Shown here one piece after another: positions 39,889 to 49,002 of a stretch of DNA of 64,000 nucleotides. Each line of letters starts with the position of its first letter. Within the stretch, counting starts at the first letter, position 1. The position numbers and the translations under genes are program-made. Location: NCBI GenBank assembly GCA_019347895.1, contig JAHWKM010000001.1, positions 21,924 through 85,923 of the forward strand. Reading direction: 5' to 3'. A model generated the notes under the pieces. The model made no database searches. It had not been told where the DNA came from and saw nothing but the letters and a program-made list of their open reading frames with translations. The DNA is from Candidatus Parcubacteria bacterium (GTDB lineage: Bacteria > Patescibacteriota > Saccharimonadia > Saccharimonadales > 2-12-FULL-41-12).

Positions 39889-39915
39889 ACTCAAGCCGTT
39901 AGAAACTCTTTACTG

Positions 39916-40914
39916 TTAGGGTTGCTTTTTCGTAAGCAATTTGTGTCCGGCGTTGCCGGTCTTTAACAAGCGTTTGGCATCCTTCATGGCAGTCGGCATG
40001 CTGTGGGCCCCGAGTACCGCGGCTACGGAAATTTCATCTTGGTTTACTCCCCGGATATCAGCTACCAGGAAAGTATTTCTGGCTTCATCCGTGTAGCCGA
40101 CCTTCAGGCCCGTCACGCCGTCTTGGTTGATGAGGGCATTGTAGTTAGTTACCACTCCGGCAAACGGTATGGTGGCCTCGGGCTGCAATGCAATTTCCCG
40201 CAATAGGGGATTTTGCATATAAAGCAGGCCAATGTTTACCATATCCGAAGCGGTACTTTTGGTCAGCGGAGAGTACCCGCTGGCATCGGCTACGATAGTG
40301 TCGGTAAGGCCGAGTTCGTCGAGCATTTCATTGGCATACGTATTATATTCCTCCATTGAGCCGAATGCCCAGCGAACCAATGTATCTGACATATTATTAG
40401 CTGATCGCAATAATGTGGCTTGAAGTGCTTGATATTGAGTAATTTGTCCGCCTGCCTGGACCGGTACGACCGTTCCGCTTTTGGCTACATATTCCCGATA
40501 CAAAGTTACGTCTTCTTCACTCAGCGTAATAGCCGGACCCTGTTCTCCTGGCGCCAGAGGCTTTTGTTTCAGAACGGCCAAGGCAGTAATGAGCTTTGCC
40601 AGGCTGGCTATGGGCACCGGTTCGGTTTTTTCAGTCGACTGAGCGAGGACTCCTTCGTCAACGGCACCATACGCCGCCTGTCCATAATCCGGCCAAGGCA
40701 ACGGCGCGGTAATTTTAGCCGGTTGACCCCCCGCAGGCGGAACCGACGAAGGTTGGCTCATAAGCTGCGCTGCAGCCGTCTGCGCCTGTTGCTGGCTGTT
40801 GCCATAAATATTGCCGACAAGATAAATCCCAACGGCTAGCAACAGGGCGGCATAAATAATATGCGACCAGCGCTTGTTTTTGCGGTAGCCATGTTCAATA
40901 TTGTAAATGCCCAT
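39916..40914 (-). CDS. dacA: D-alanyl-D-alanine carboxypeptidase (serine-type PBP, peptidase S11, DacA-like).
   Basis: It has an N-terminal TM anchor, SxxK (ASLAKLIT), SxN (LLRSANN) and KTG-like (KVGYTDEA) motifs. 332 aa. Confidence 0.75.
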   Translation of the reverse strand: MGIYNIEHGYRKNKRWSHIIYAALLLAVGIYLVGNIYGNSQQQAQTAAAQLMSQPSSVPPAGGQPAKITAPLPWPDYGQAAYGAVDEGVLAQSTEKTEPVPIASLAKLITALAVLKQKPLAPGEQGPAITLSEEDVTLYREYVAKSGTVVPVQAGGQITQYQALQATLLRSANNMSDTLVRWAFGSMEEYNTYANEMLDELGLTDTIVADASGYSPLTKSTASDMVNIGLLYMQNPLLREIALQPEATIPFAGVVTNYNALINQDGVTGLKVGYTDEARNTFLVADIRGVNQDEISVAAVLGAHSMPTAMKDAKRLLKTGNAGHKLLTKKQP

Positions 40915-41002
40915 AACAGATGATTATACCGCTTTCGTTTAAATAGTAAACGCCGGGAAGGTATCATAAAGCGTGGCGAGCTAAGTCTTGCAAAGTCCAA
41001 AC

Positions 41003-41263
41003 TTACGCCTGGGACTGGTCCTTCAATTTTTTAGTTTCTATTGCGTGTTGGGTTATTTCCAAGTTACAGCTCTTGTGTTTACTGCACCAGGCTGCGCATT
41101 TTTTAGCGATTGCCTCATCCTCATAATGTAGCCCGCACTCCGGGCACCTATATTGCTTGGCTGGCGCAGTTTCATTTAGCTTTGCAGTAGGTTCTTTCAT
41201 GAGACCTCCCAGGTCTTTTATATTTTTAAAATCCTCGCGGCTTATTAGTGTTTGATTAAGCAA
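41003..41263 (-). CDS. Small zinc-ribbon protein (86 aa).
   Basis: CPECG...C(18)C gives a four-Cys arrangement (RCPECGLHYEDEAIAKKCAAWCSKHKSC). Confidence 0.4.
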   Translation of the reverse strand: MLNQTLISREDFKNIKDLGGLMKEPTAKLNETAPAKQYRCPECGLHYEDEAIAKKCAAWCSKHKSCNLEITQHAIETKKLKDQSQA

Positions 41264-41278
41264 ACACTTAATCTTTAG

Positions 41279-41848
41279 TCAAGCTCGGGATGCGAATATG
41301 TATGAACAAATGAGCCCTAATTTGTATATGGAATAAGTTATCAGCAGGATACCGACGAAAGTGAATAAGGTGGCCAAGTCTCTAATCAATGGTGTTACAG
41401 ATGCTCCGAAGGTAGCCAGCAGCGGGGCTATCAAAGACGTGCCGCAGGCGATACAGCCGCCGCCAATTATGGCCATGGCAAAGCCGCCCGCACCGCTTTT
41501 CTTTGGAATCGATTGAAAGCCGCGGTGTTTTAGCACAAAAACCAGCAGCGCCAGGTTTATACCAAAAAGAATTGAAAATATTACCACGCCGGCATTTTGG
41601 ACGTTATTGTAGGTGGTGTAAATATCTTTGTATACATCAAAGAAAAAATTCAATTTTTGAAAAGTGCTGATCGGCGCTTCAACAATAACGTATCTGATCA
41701 GATCAAAATTAAGCGACCAGAGGATCAAGCCGCTGGTCAGCAAGCTACCAAAAATAGCCAAAAAAATGTACGCTGGCCGGGCAAATACTTTTACTGACGA
41801 CCTCACGCTTACCTTAAACCTCAGAAGAAGAGATACCTTCTTGCTCAT
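41279..41848 (-). CDS. Polytopic membrane protein with an intramembrane CxxC (GGGCIACG). It is translationally coupled to the upstream DsbA-like gene.
   Basis: 189 aa, about 4-5 TM. Its start overlaps the dsbA-like stop by 4 bp. Confidence 0.45.
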   Translation of the reverse strand: MSKKVSLLLRFKVSVRSSVKVFARPAYIFLAIFGSLLTSGLILWSLNFDLIRYVIVEAPISTFQKLNFFFDVYKDIYTTYNNVQNAGVVIFSILFGINLALLVFVLKHRGFQSIPKKSGAGGFAMAIIGGGCIACGTSLIAPLLATFGASVTPLIRDLATLFTFVGILLITYSIYKLGLICSYIFASRA

Positions 41849-42549
41849 CGCAGTTGAATGTCCACGAGTGTTTTAAACACGCTGTACGGCTGCGGCCCGA
41901 CGATCTTTTGGTCGTTGATTATGAAGCTCGGGGTACCTTGGATATCATCCGGCGCAGCCAGCTCAATCGTATCGTAATATGCTTTTTCGTGTCGCTTGCT
42001 GTCCATACACTCTTTATAGGCTTTGGCGTCCATTCCTATTTTTCCTAACAGGTCATTCATTACTTTTTCTGTCAGTACGGAATCAATAGCTTTTTGATAA
42101 TCTCCCGCCCGGAAATGGTTTACCCACATATACTCAAATAAAGCATCGTGATATTCGCTAAATTTTTGCTGGTCTAGCGCGCAGTAAGATCCGATGAGGG
42201 CTTGGGCTCCATCTACCGCGTAGACCGGAAACGGTCTGAATATTATTTTCACCAGGCCTTTGTCTACGTAATTAGCCCGCAACTGTTTGCCGGCATTTTG
42301 ATGAAATTCGCCGCAAGACGGGCATTTATAATCGGCGTACTCGATTATGGTTGCTTTAGCATCAGGATCTCCAATAATAAGTTCGGTGGTTTGAGCCGAG
42401 GGCATGTCGGGAAAGGCGGCTGTAGAAGCACTGGTATTTTGGGTTGTTGCCGGCGTTTCATCCGGCCAAAATATAAAAATGCCGGCAGCAATTATTAAAA
42501 TACCAATAATGGTACCAATAACAAATCTCATGTTTAGATATTTAAGCAA
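41845..42549 (-). CDS. DsbA-like thiol:disulfide oxidoreductase (thioredoxin fold), membrane-anchored.
   Basis: N-terminal TM helix and a CPSC active site within YKCPSCGEFH. The DsbA-family fold is about 200 aa. Confidence 0.75.
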   Translation of the reverse strand: MLKYLNMRFVIGTIIGILIIAAGIFIFWPDETPATTQNTSASTAAFPDMPSAQTTELIIGDPDAKATIIEYADYKCPSCGEFHQNAGKQLRANYVDKGLVKIIFRPFPVYAVDGAQALIGSYCALDQQKFSEYHDALFEYMWVNHFRAGDYQKAIDSVLTEKVMNDLLGKIGMDAKAYKECMDSKRHEKAYYDTIELAAPDDIQGTPSFIINDQKIVGPQPYSVFKTLVDIQLR

Positions 42550-42642
42550 ACACTTAACTAAATGTAAATGCCTTGATGCTCAGAAAGCACGTTCTCCATA
42601 AATGTCTGCTTGCCGGCAGCATTCACACCCACAACCATACTA

Positions 42643-42951
42643 TTAATAGGACGAGTCGCCGACGGGGACTTGATTAGTATCTACGCCGCCCGCCGGGCTC
42701 GGTCTTCCCAGTTCCGGGTCGTTACTTGTATTGTTGCCGGCACCGTCGCTGCCACCGGTCACGTTGGGGTCAGTCGGTTCAGGCGGTACAGTCTCGGTGG
42801 ATTGTTCACTTGATCCGCGCTCCTTATCTCGACCATCTTCAACCCCGCGCGTCAAAAGCCAGCTGAATGCGAACAGCAAGATAATTACAATTACTATTAC
42901 AGCTATGACAGGCTTAAGAACTTTTTGACGGGGAGCGGAGTCCATTGCCAA
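42643..42951 (-). CDS. Small single-TM protein with a Ser/Gly/Pro/Asp-rich tail.
   Basis: ORF with the TM helix VIAVIVIVIILLFAFSWLL. Confidence 0.35.
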   Translation of the reverse strand: MAMDSAPRQKVLKPVIAVIVIVIILLFAFSWLLTRGVEDGRDKERGSSEQSTETVPPEPTDPNVTGGSDGAGNNTSNDPELGRPSPAGGVDTNQVPVGDSSY

Positions 42952-43076
42952 CCTCCATTTTATACGTATAATTCTGGCAATTAATAAAAAGTATGACTAT
43001 ACAATTTGTTACAAATTTTAGAGTCGGGGGCAGGGTAGCGGACACGTTCTCCCTTAAGGCAAATTGATAAATAAGA

Positions 43077-43814
43077 CTAGTTGAGTAAGGTTTGTATGGC
43101 TTGGTGGCCAACACCTGAAACTATAGGATCCTCGCCTGATACTACCTTGCGCCCTGTTGAGACTTTCACCTCTCCAGATCCTCGGTGCACATTTATTGTA
43201 TTCTTCGCCCAAGAAAAATCTTTCGCAATAAACCTATCTAATTGAGACTCAGGTATGACATCAGTATATGGTTCACCGTCGGGTGACTCCGATTTAATGG
43301 CTTTAAAGTCGTTATAAAGGTTGATGCCATCATGCCCACTGACTCTTGTTAAGATGCCATCTCCGCACTTAATCTCAATCTCAGTTTTTGCTTCTTTACA
43401 GTGGACGTTTAGACTTCTTGGCTCATCATTATTGTCGCCAACTGTTACTGTCATAACCCCCCTTTGAAGGGCAACAGTATCTAACTGATTGTTACGACTT
43501 GAGGGGATTTTAGTGCTTTTAACCCAAACAGCATCATTTTGTAGTGTTACGGAAAGTTTGCCAGCAAATTGATGCGCTACTCCGTCGTTAATTCCAATGG
43601 GACTGTCAAATGGATCACGAGCTTCAACCGTGCTTAGCGGTGGAAGCTCTCCAGTTCGCCTAAAAGAGGCCATTTCGTATGGATCAGCTAAAGTAGTAGG
43701 CATATTAATAAATAGTATAATGTAAAATTTTTTACTGTAAATATTTAGCAGTGCTGGACCACCGCACATTCTTGTGCTCGGAGCGAGCTCCTGCGTGCAA
43801 GTTTGCTGAACCAA
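43077..43814 (-). CDS. Hypothetical protein. The start is probably at the internal MPTTLADPYE.
   Basis: ORF only. The C-terminal 200 aa look beta-rich. Confidence 0.35.
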   Translation of the reverse strand: MVQQTCTQELAPSTRMCGGPALLNIYSKKFYIILFINMPTTLADPYEMASFRRTGELPPLSTVEARDPFDSPIGINDGVAHQFAGKLSVTLQNDAVWVKSTKIPSSRNNQLDTVALQRGVMTVTVGDNNDEPRSLNVHCKEAKTEIEIKCGDGILTRVSGHDGINLYNDFKAIKSESPDGEPYTDVIPESQLDRFIAKDFSWAKNTINVHRGSGEVKVSTGRKVVSGEDPIVSGVGHQAIQTLLN

Positions 43815-43951
43815 CCAATAATCTTCTTTTAAGGTTTCTATATTAGTCTATTGATTATTTGTAAAGATTATGCTATAATTCCAACATAAATAAAGTGTGC
43901 GGGTTTTGCGAGATAACTTCTCGCAAGGACCGAAGGAATATTAGCTAAATA

Positions 43952-44917
43952 ATGATAACGTACCTGCAGGAAGAGATTTTTACCAAGCTGGACGGCCGTT
44001 ATATTGCGCGAAGGCTTAAACAGGCTCGAGTGCAAAATAGCCGGCTGTTAAAGGCTGGGGTTCGCAGCACACGCCGGGCATATTTAGCCTGGTATCGCCA
44101 GCAGTATTTTTTGTCGGTAGCTAATAAAGACTTGAAGATGGCTGTCCGGCGCAATGAAGACATATTTATCGCTGTAGTTTTTGCCGCAGCCGTTTTGAGC
44201 TTTGCCTGTGCGGTTATTGCTGCAGAGATGGTCATCGCGTTTTTCTTAACGGCTTTTACGGCCTCGGAAGTTAGCGGCATCAACATATTGATATTCGCTC
44301 TCATTGCCGGCGTCACTTTGACGACAATTTTAGCCTGGGTAGCGGCTTTTTTGCTCAACTCTATGTCGCTTGCCATAATTCAAGGTGCTAATCGCCACAA
44401 AATCCGTTCCCTGCGCTCGACACTTCGGCAAGGATTACGAATGGCCAGCCGCACGGCGACTTCATGGCTGATGTTAATTGGGGCAATAGCTTTGCCCGCA
44501 GCAGCAGTGTCTTTGGCCATGTTTGTTTATACCTTGTTATTTGCTGACAATTTGTATGACATTCTGGCTGTTGCGCCTTATGCAATAATTTTCGCCGCCG
44601 CGGGCGCGATATTAATGCTTTTACACTACAGTCTTGTGCCGGTCGTGGCCTTATTTGAGACTAAGCTGTCTTGGAGGCAGGTTTTTGCCCGCAGCCGACA
44701 ATTGGTTTACCGCCGGGGAAAGATGTTTGTTCTGGCTGCTTACGGTTTTTTGGCAATAGTTCTGTCGGCCGCTTATGTCCTATACAAGCTTCTTTATAAC
44801 CTGACTGGTTTGGACGGAACTTTGCTATTTAGCTTGATAGCTATTGTCGCCGTGGCATATTTTAACGGCATAATGACTGTCTTTTACCGCAAACGCCGTC
44901 TTGTGCGCAGTCGCTGA
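43952..44917 (+). CDS. Polytopic membrane protein (321 aa), unknown family.
   Basis: A basic N-terminal 60 aa is followed by about 6 TM helices. Confidence 0.45.
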   Translation: MITYLQEEIFTKLDGRYIARRLKQARVQNSRLLKAGVRSTRRAYLAWYRQQYFLSVANKDLKMAVRRNEDIFIAVVFAAAVLSFACAVIAAEMVIAFFLTAFTASEVSGINILIFALIAGVTLTTILAWVAAFLLNSMSLAIIQGANRHKIRSLRSTLRQGLRMASRTATSWLMLIGAIALPAAAVSLAMFVYTLLFADNLYDILAVAPYAIIFAAAGAILMLLHYSLVPVVALFETKLSWRQVFARSRQLVYRRGKMFVLAAYGFLAIVLSAAYVLYKLLYNLTGLDGTLLFSLIAIVAVAYFNGIMTVFYRKRRLVRSR

Positions 44918-45415
44918 TAGGCTCCTTGGAATAGAACTTTATCAGCAGTCTGTTAAAGCCGTTATTCTATAAATGCCTTAAACCGATTAGTCTTTACGCA
45001 TAGCTGAGTGCATACTTATAAATAACAGATTTAGTATGGCGAGCGATTAATTAAAAAGAAAGAAACATGTTAAACCCAACTTCACTAATAAATAAACACA
45101 TCAGAAGCATAAAAGTACGCTCACAGCACTATATAAGTAACAAAGGCGAGCCAAAAGACAACATTTCGCACGACACTCTCTTAAAAGATGAAACCGTAAT
45201 AACCGGGAGCAGTGTGCCTATGAGACGCCGGTTTAGGCATATAGCCAAACAAATAAGAATAATTAGAATAAATAAATTAAAAAATGAATATCTAAAGTAG
45301 TAATCAAAAAATCTCATCTTTTGATAAGGTTAATATTTTGTAGGCGGGCAGGTACGGCTTACTCTACCGGGCAGTAGTGGAACCTGCCTGATCTTATTTA
45401 GATATTGCTGGTATT

Positions 45416-46141
45416 TTAACTAAGCTCTGCCTGCAACTTAGATAAATCCCGGACTATAAAACGATGAGCTTTTTGACCCATGAGCTTTTCATTAAAAAGT
45501 AATTCCACGGCCCTACTGGCCGTCTCACGGTTCATATTTATAGAATCGGCTAAATCCTGATGAGTTATGGGAGCGTCAATGACAATTTCAGTGCCATGCT
45601 GCCTGCCAAATCTCTCAGCTAGATATAGTAACTCCGAGATAATTCTACCGCGAGCTGAGCGAAATTCCAGAGTTTGAATCCGCTTGGTATAACTGGTAAT
45701 TATATTTACTGACTGCTTTAAAATTTCTTGTGAGAGCCACGCATTGTGACCCAAGGCGGCACGCAGCTTGTTTTTGGGTACCCGGAGAATCGTAACGTCA
45801 TTCATAGCTTCATAAAATAACCCCGTGGTATGCGGTCCGTCCAGTGCCCAGGGCATTGGTATGAACTCATTAGCCTCATGAACTATCAGAAGATTCCCAT
45901 GACCATGATGTGATACAGAATGCGCCTTGACGAATCCCTTTTTAATGAGATAAACACCCTCGGGCTCGTCATATCCGTGGATAATCGTTTCTTCGCGTGC
46001 AAAGTGCAAAAGCAAGCCATCACTGAAGTGAGCGACGATACTTTCGTTCTCATTATGTCGAGCTGGCGTCGTATTCATTGATTGTCTGGCCATAAGTCTA
46101 GTATATACGAATACAAACGCTAAGTTTGTGATATAGCGCAC
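45416..46141 (-). CDS. Crp/Fnr family transcriptional regulator.
   Basis: It has a cNMP-binding-like beta-roll (GVYLIKKGFVKAH...) and a C-terminal HTH (ITHQDLADSINMNRETASRAVELLFNEKL). Confidence 0.75.
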   Translation of the reverse strand: MRYITNLAFVFVYTRLMARQSMNTTPARHNENESIVAHFSDGLLLHFAREETIIHGYDEPEGVYLIKKGFVKAHSVSHHGHGNLLIVHEANEFIPMPWALDGPHTTGLFYEAMNDVTILRVPKNKLRAALGHNAWLSQEILKQSVNIITSYTKRIQTLEFRSARGRIISELLYLAERFGRQHGTEIVIDAPITHQDLADSINMNRETASRAVELLFNEKLMGQKAHRFIVRDLSKLQAELS

Positions 46142-46253
46142 ATCCTTGTAAAAACACTCGTACTATACTTACTCCAGTAGAAGGTTAGCTTATTCCGCCC
46201 GCAGTAGTGGGAAGGGGCTTGCCGAAACTGATAGGTGATGTCTACGTAAGCAA

Positions 46254-47552
46254 GTGATAAGAGGGTCAATTATTTCTCACGCAACTTCGGAAATCAAGAA
46301 AAAACAACCCATTCAGGAGTATTTAGATAGTTCTGCCCAGCCACAGGATGATACTTCTAGTAATTCACAAGTAGCTGGTAGCCTACAAAAGATCAACAAC
46401 AAAAAAATCAGTCAACAAGAGACTCATATTACAGCTCTAAAAAAGCTGCTAGGCTATTACCAAGATATTACTGAGACTATCAGAGAACCCTTTATCATTC
46501 TTGATAAAGACTTTCGCGTCGTTACGGCCAACGAAGCGTTTTATCACCAATTTAAGGTACTTAAAAAAGATACGGAAAACAGATCATTCTACGAGCTGGG
46601 TAATAATCAATGGGACACCCCAGATTTAAGAGAATTACTAGAAAACATTCTCCCTAAGCATCAGGTACTCAACAACTACGAGATTACGCACGATTTTCCT
46701 GGTATCGGACATAAAACTATGCATCTCAATGCCAGACAGGTCGATGCCAAACAGCTCATACTACTTGCCATAGTAGACGTTACCCGGCAGAAGCAATTGC
46801 AAGATGATACTATCGAGATGACCGCAAGTCTGATTAAGCAACGAAACAAGCTCCAAGGGCTCAATGATGCTAAAGATGAATTTATTAATATGGCTTCCCA
46901 TCAGCTCCGTACTCCCGCCACAGCCGTGAAACAATATATTGGAATGTTGGCGGAAGGATATTGGGGCAAGCTGTCGGAAGTCCAAAACAAAATGCTTAAT
47001 ACAGCCTACGAAAGCAATGAGCGAGAGCTAGAAATAATAGAAGACATGCTTAGAGTGGCTAAGGTAGATGAGGGCAAGGTCTATTTAATAAAGTCGTCTT
47101 GCGACATGGCGCGGCAATTAGAGGAAGCTGTGAAGGATCAACTTGCCTCGTTCAATAACCGCGGGCAAAGCATTGTTTTCAACAAGCCCTTGGAACCGGT
47201 AATTGCCTCCATTGATAAAAAATTAATGCGTATGGTTATAGAAAATCTATTGGATAATGCCAGTAAGTATTCTTACGAAGACAAGCAGATTACGATTGAC
47301 CTCAAGCAGGACGACAAGCTTGCTGTTATTGCGATAAAAGACCAGGGCGTGGGGATACATAAAAAAGATCATGTAAAATTATTTCAAAGGTTCTCCCGTA
47401 TAGACAATCCTCTTTCGATATCTGCGGAGGGTACAGGCCTAGGCTTATACTGGGTCAAGAAAATATTAGATTTGCATGAAGGCAGTATGGAAGTAATTTC
47501 AAGAGTAGACTACGGCTCAACTTTTACGGTTAAACTACCCGTTCTGAACTAA
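46254..47552 (+). CDS. Cytoplasmic PAS-domain sensor histidine kinase.
   Basis: No TM helices. It has a PAS-like region, the HisKA H-box MASHQLRTPATAV, and HATPase_c motifs (N-box DNASKYS, G-boxes GTGLGLYWVKKI). Confidence 0.8.
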   Translation: MIRGSIISHATSEIKKKQPIQEYLDSSAQPQDDTSSNSQVAGSLQKINNKKISQQETHITALKKLLGYYQDITETIREPFIILDKDFRVVTANEAFYHQFKVLKKDTENRSFYELGNNQWDTPDLRELLENILPKHQVLNNYEITHDFPGIGHKTMHLNARQVDAKQLILLAIVDVTRQKQLQDDTIEMTASLIKQRNKLQGLNDAKDEFINMASHQLRTPATAVKQYIGMLAEGYWGKLSEVQNKMLNTAYESNERELEIIEDMLRVAKVDEGKVYLIKSSCDMARQLEEAVKDQLASFNNRGQSIVFNKPLEPVIASIDKKLMRMVIENLLDNASKYSYEDKQITIDLKQDDKLAVIAIKDQGVGIHKKDHVKLFQRFSRIDNPLSISAEGTGLGLYWVKKILDLHEGSMEVISRVDYGSTFTVKLPVLN

Positions 47553-47577
47553 AAAGAATCCATAATGCTTATGCTTA

Positions 47578-47640
47578 GTAGCGGGGGCCGGACAGCGGAC
47601 TTCGTCCTTCTTCGCTCCGGCGTGCTCGGAATAAATTCCT
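47578..47640 (-). repeat. Diverged partial copy of the element resembling the tRNA-fMet 3' end. It is the candidate outermost att site of the island.
   Basis: gtagcgggggcCgg... followed by tccttcttcgctccggcgtgctcggaataaa. It is related to 48125..48263 and 52730..52868. Confidence 0.5.
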
Positions 47641-48067
47641 AGCTTCGGGCTTCAGCCCCTGAAATTGTTCCAAATACTTGGTAAGACTCCCCGTTATCGT
47701 TGTTTATGCCTGCAATTATATGTTGCAATTCAACAGCGCTGTCTTCGTAGACGCCTTGCAGCATTAATTCAAAGTATGCTGCTGTATTTCTATTGCCAGC
47801 CGTTTTTTCCTCGGCTTCTCCCATAGCTCTTTTTACCAGATCAGGGTCAAAACCATGGTATATTCTGTCCGAATAATTATAGTGAGTTCCGGGGAGGTCT
47901 TGAATGCCTCTTCTCGGGAGTACTAAACCTTGAGCCAAGAAAATAGTTCTACCGCCAACAGACCTAGTAAATCTTTCGTCGGTAAAGTGGGGGTAGAGCA
48001 TATGCGAAGGAATTTCCTGATCCTTTAAGCGTACTGGTTCAAGCTCACCAAATGCTGTAAATGCCAT
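47639..48067 (-). CDS. Hypothetical protein (142 aa).
   Basis: ORF lying directly downstream, on the minus strand, of repeat copy 48125..48263. Confidence 0.4.
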   Translation of the reverse strand: MAFTAFGELEPVRLKDQEIPSHMLYPHFTDERFTRSVGGRTIFLAQGLVLPRRGIQDLPGTHYNYSDRIYHGFDPDLVKRAMGEAEEKTAGNRNTAAYFELMLQGVYEDSAVELQHIIAGINNDNGESYQVFGTISGAEARS

Positions 48068-48124
48068 AGTTATAATAAACTATCATATTGTTAAGATTAT
48101 GCCAACAACAGCAATGGTTCAATC

Positions 48125-48263
48125 GTAGCGGGGGCAGGGCATCGCGCGCCTTTGGCGCACTCCTTCTTGCGATGCTCGGCAATAAAATGTAAACACTTTA
48201 TTGTCCTGTGCTTCTCATTCGCCGAACCTCCGGTTCGTGTCCAGCCCCGCTGCTATCGAAGAT
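48125..48263 (-). repeat. 139-bp element, copy 1. Its first 14 nt (gtagcgggggcagg) are identical to the 3' end of tRNA-fMet. It is a candidate attR or integrative-element end.
   Basis: It is near-identical (about 4 mismatches) to 52730..52868. It contains the hairpins GCGCC-AAA-GGCGC and CGAACC-TCC-GGTTCG. Confidence 0.7.
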
Positions 48264-48287
48264 GTGAAATTTCGGTAAAACAAGTTA

Positions 48288-48656
48288 TTAACTTCTGCTT
48301 TGTACATACAGGCTGACGAAAAGTACCAAAATTCCGGAAAGTGCAAATATTCCAGAAGGAATCAACCAAATTAACCCACCCAATCCTTCGTAGAGGAATA
48401 TTGCCCCAAAGCAAAGGGCTGCTAGCAGTAATAAAACTAATGATAGCTTAAACGGTTTGCTCGTCGGCTTGCTAATACCCGGGGTACCATTTTTGAATGT
48501 CGTAATATGGTAGACTGGAATTAATAATATCCCTAATATAATCAAGCTTACACCTGGCCACCGGACCGCTCCTCCTCCGTCATTATCCAACAACACATAT
48601 AAACCCCATCCCGCTACGATCAGTATAGGTGAAAAGATTTTTATTATCATGTCCAC
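48288..48656 (-). CDS. Small 4-TM membrane protein (122 aa).
   Basis: ORF, strongly hydrophobic. It lies inside the AT-rich island. Confidence 0.4.
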   Translation of the reverse strand: MDMIIKIFSPILIVAGWGLYVLLDNDGGGAVRWPGVSLIILGILLIPVYHITTFKNGTPGISKPTSKPFKLSLVLLLLAALCFGAIFLYEGLGGLIWLIPSGIFALSGILVLFVSLYVQSRS

Positions 48657-49002
48657 ACTATAGCAAAAGAGGTCTTAACAACCTCAACTCGGGCAATAAT
48701 TTGCTCCGGGTTTCTGGCTGTCCGAACTACCATCTGGCAGTTCTCCCCTGCGACCTTTCTAGCGTCGCAGATTCGAGCCGTGGCTCCGACAAAGAAAAAA
48801 GCTCTGGAATGGGTCCAAAGCTTTTTTCTTGGTAGACATGACTTTGAAGAGTTGATTCATATTAAAAAAGAACTGTTGTCAATGCGGCAGATAGTGAATG
48901 AAGCACAGAGCTTAACGAAGGTTATAACATGAGCAACAGTACTAGAACCGTGCACTTAAATAAAGTAAGGCTTTACATTAATTACTCTGATAGAATACCT
49001 GT

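Noticed and set aside
41279-41848. Assignment of the CxxC membrane protein as VKOR or DsbB.
   Set aside because: It has only one Cys pair plus a single Cys and lacks the two-pair cysteine topology of VKOR and DsbB. It is left as an unknown membrane protein.
45067-45300. 77-aa ORF in an AT-rich intergenic region.
   Set aside because: It is low-complexity and extremely Ile/Lys/Arg-rich, which is the expected artefact of AT-rich non-coding DNA. No RBS is present.
45372-46215. GCAGTAGTGG(G)AA motif found once each side of the Crp/Fnr gene.
   Set aside because: It is only about 12 nt long, not palindromic and does not resemble TGTGA-N6-TCACA. It is probably a chance occurrence.
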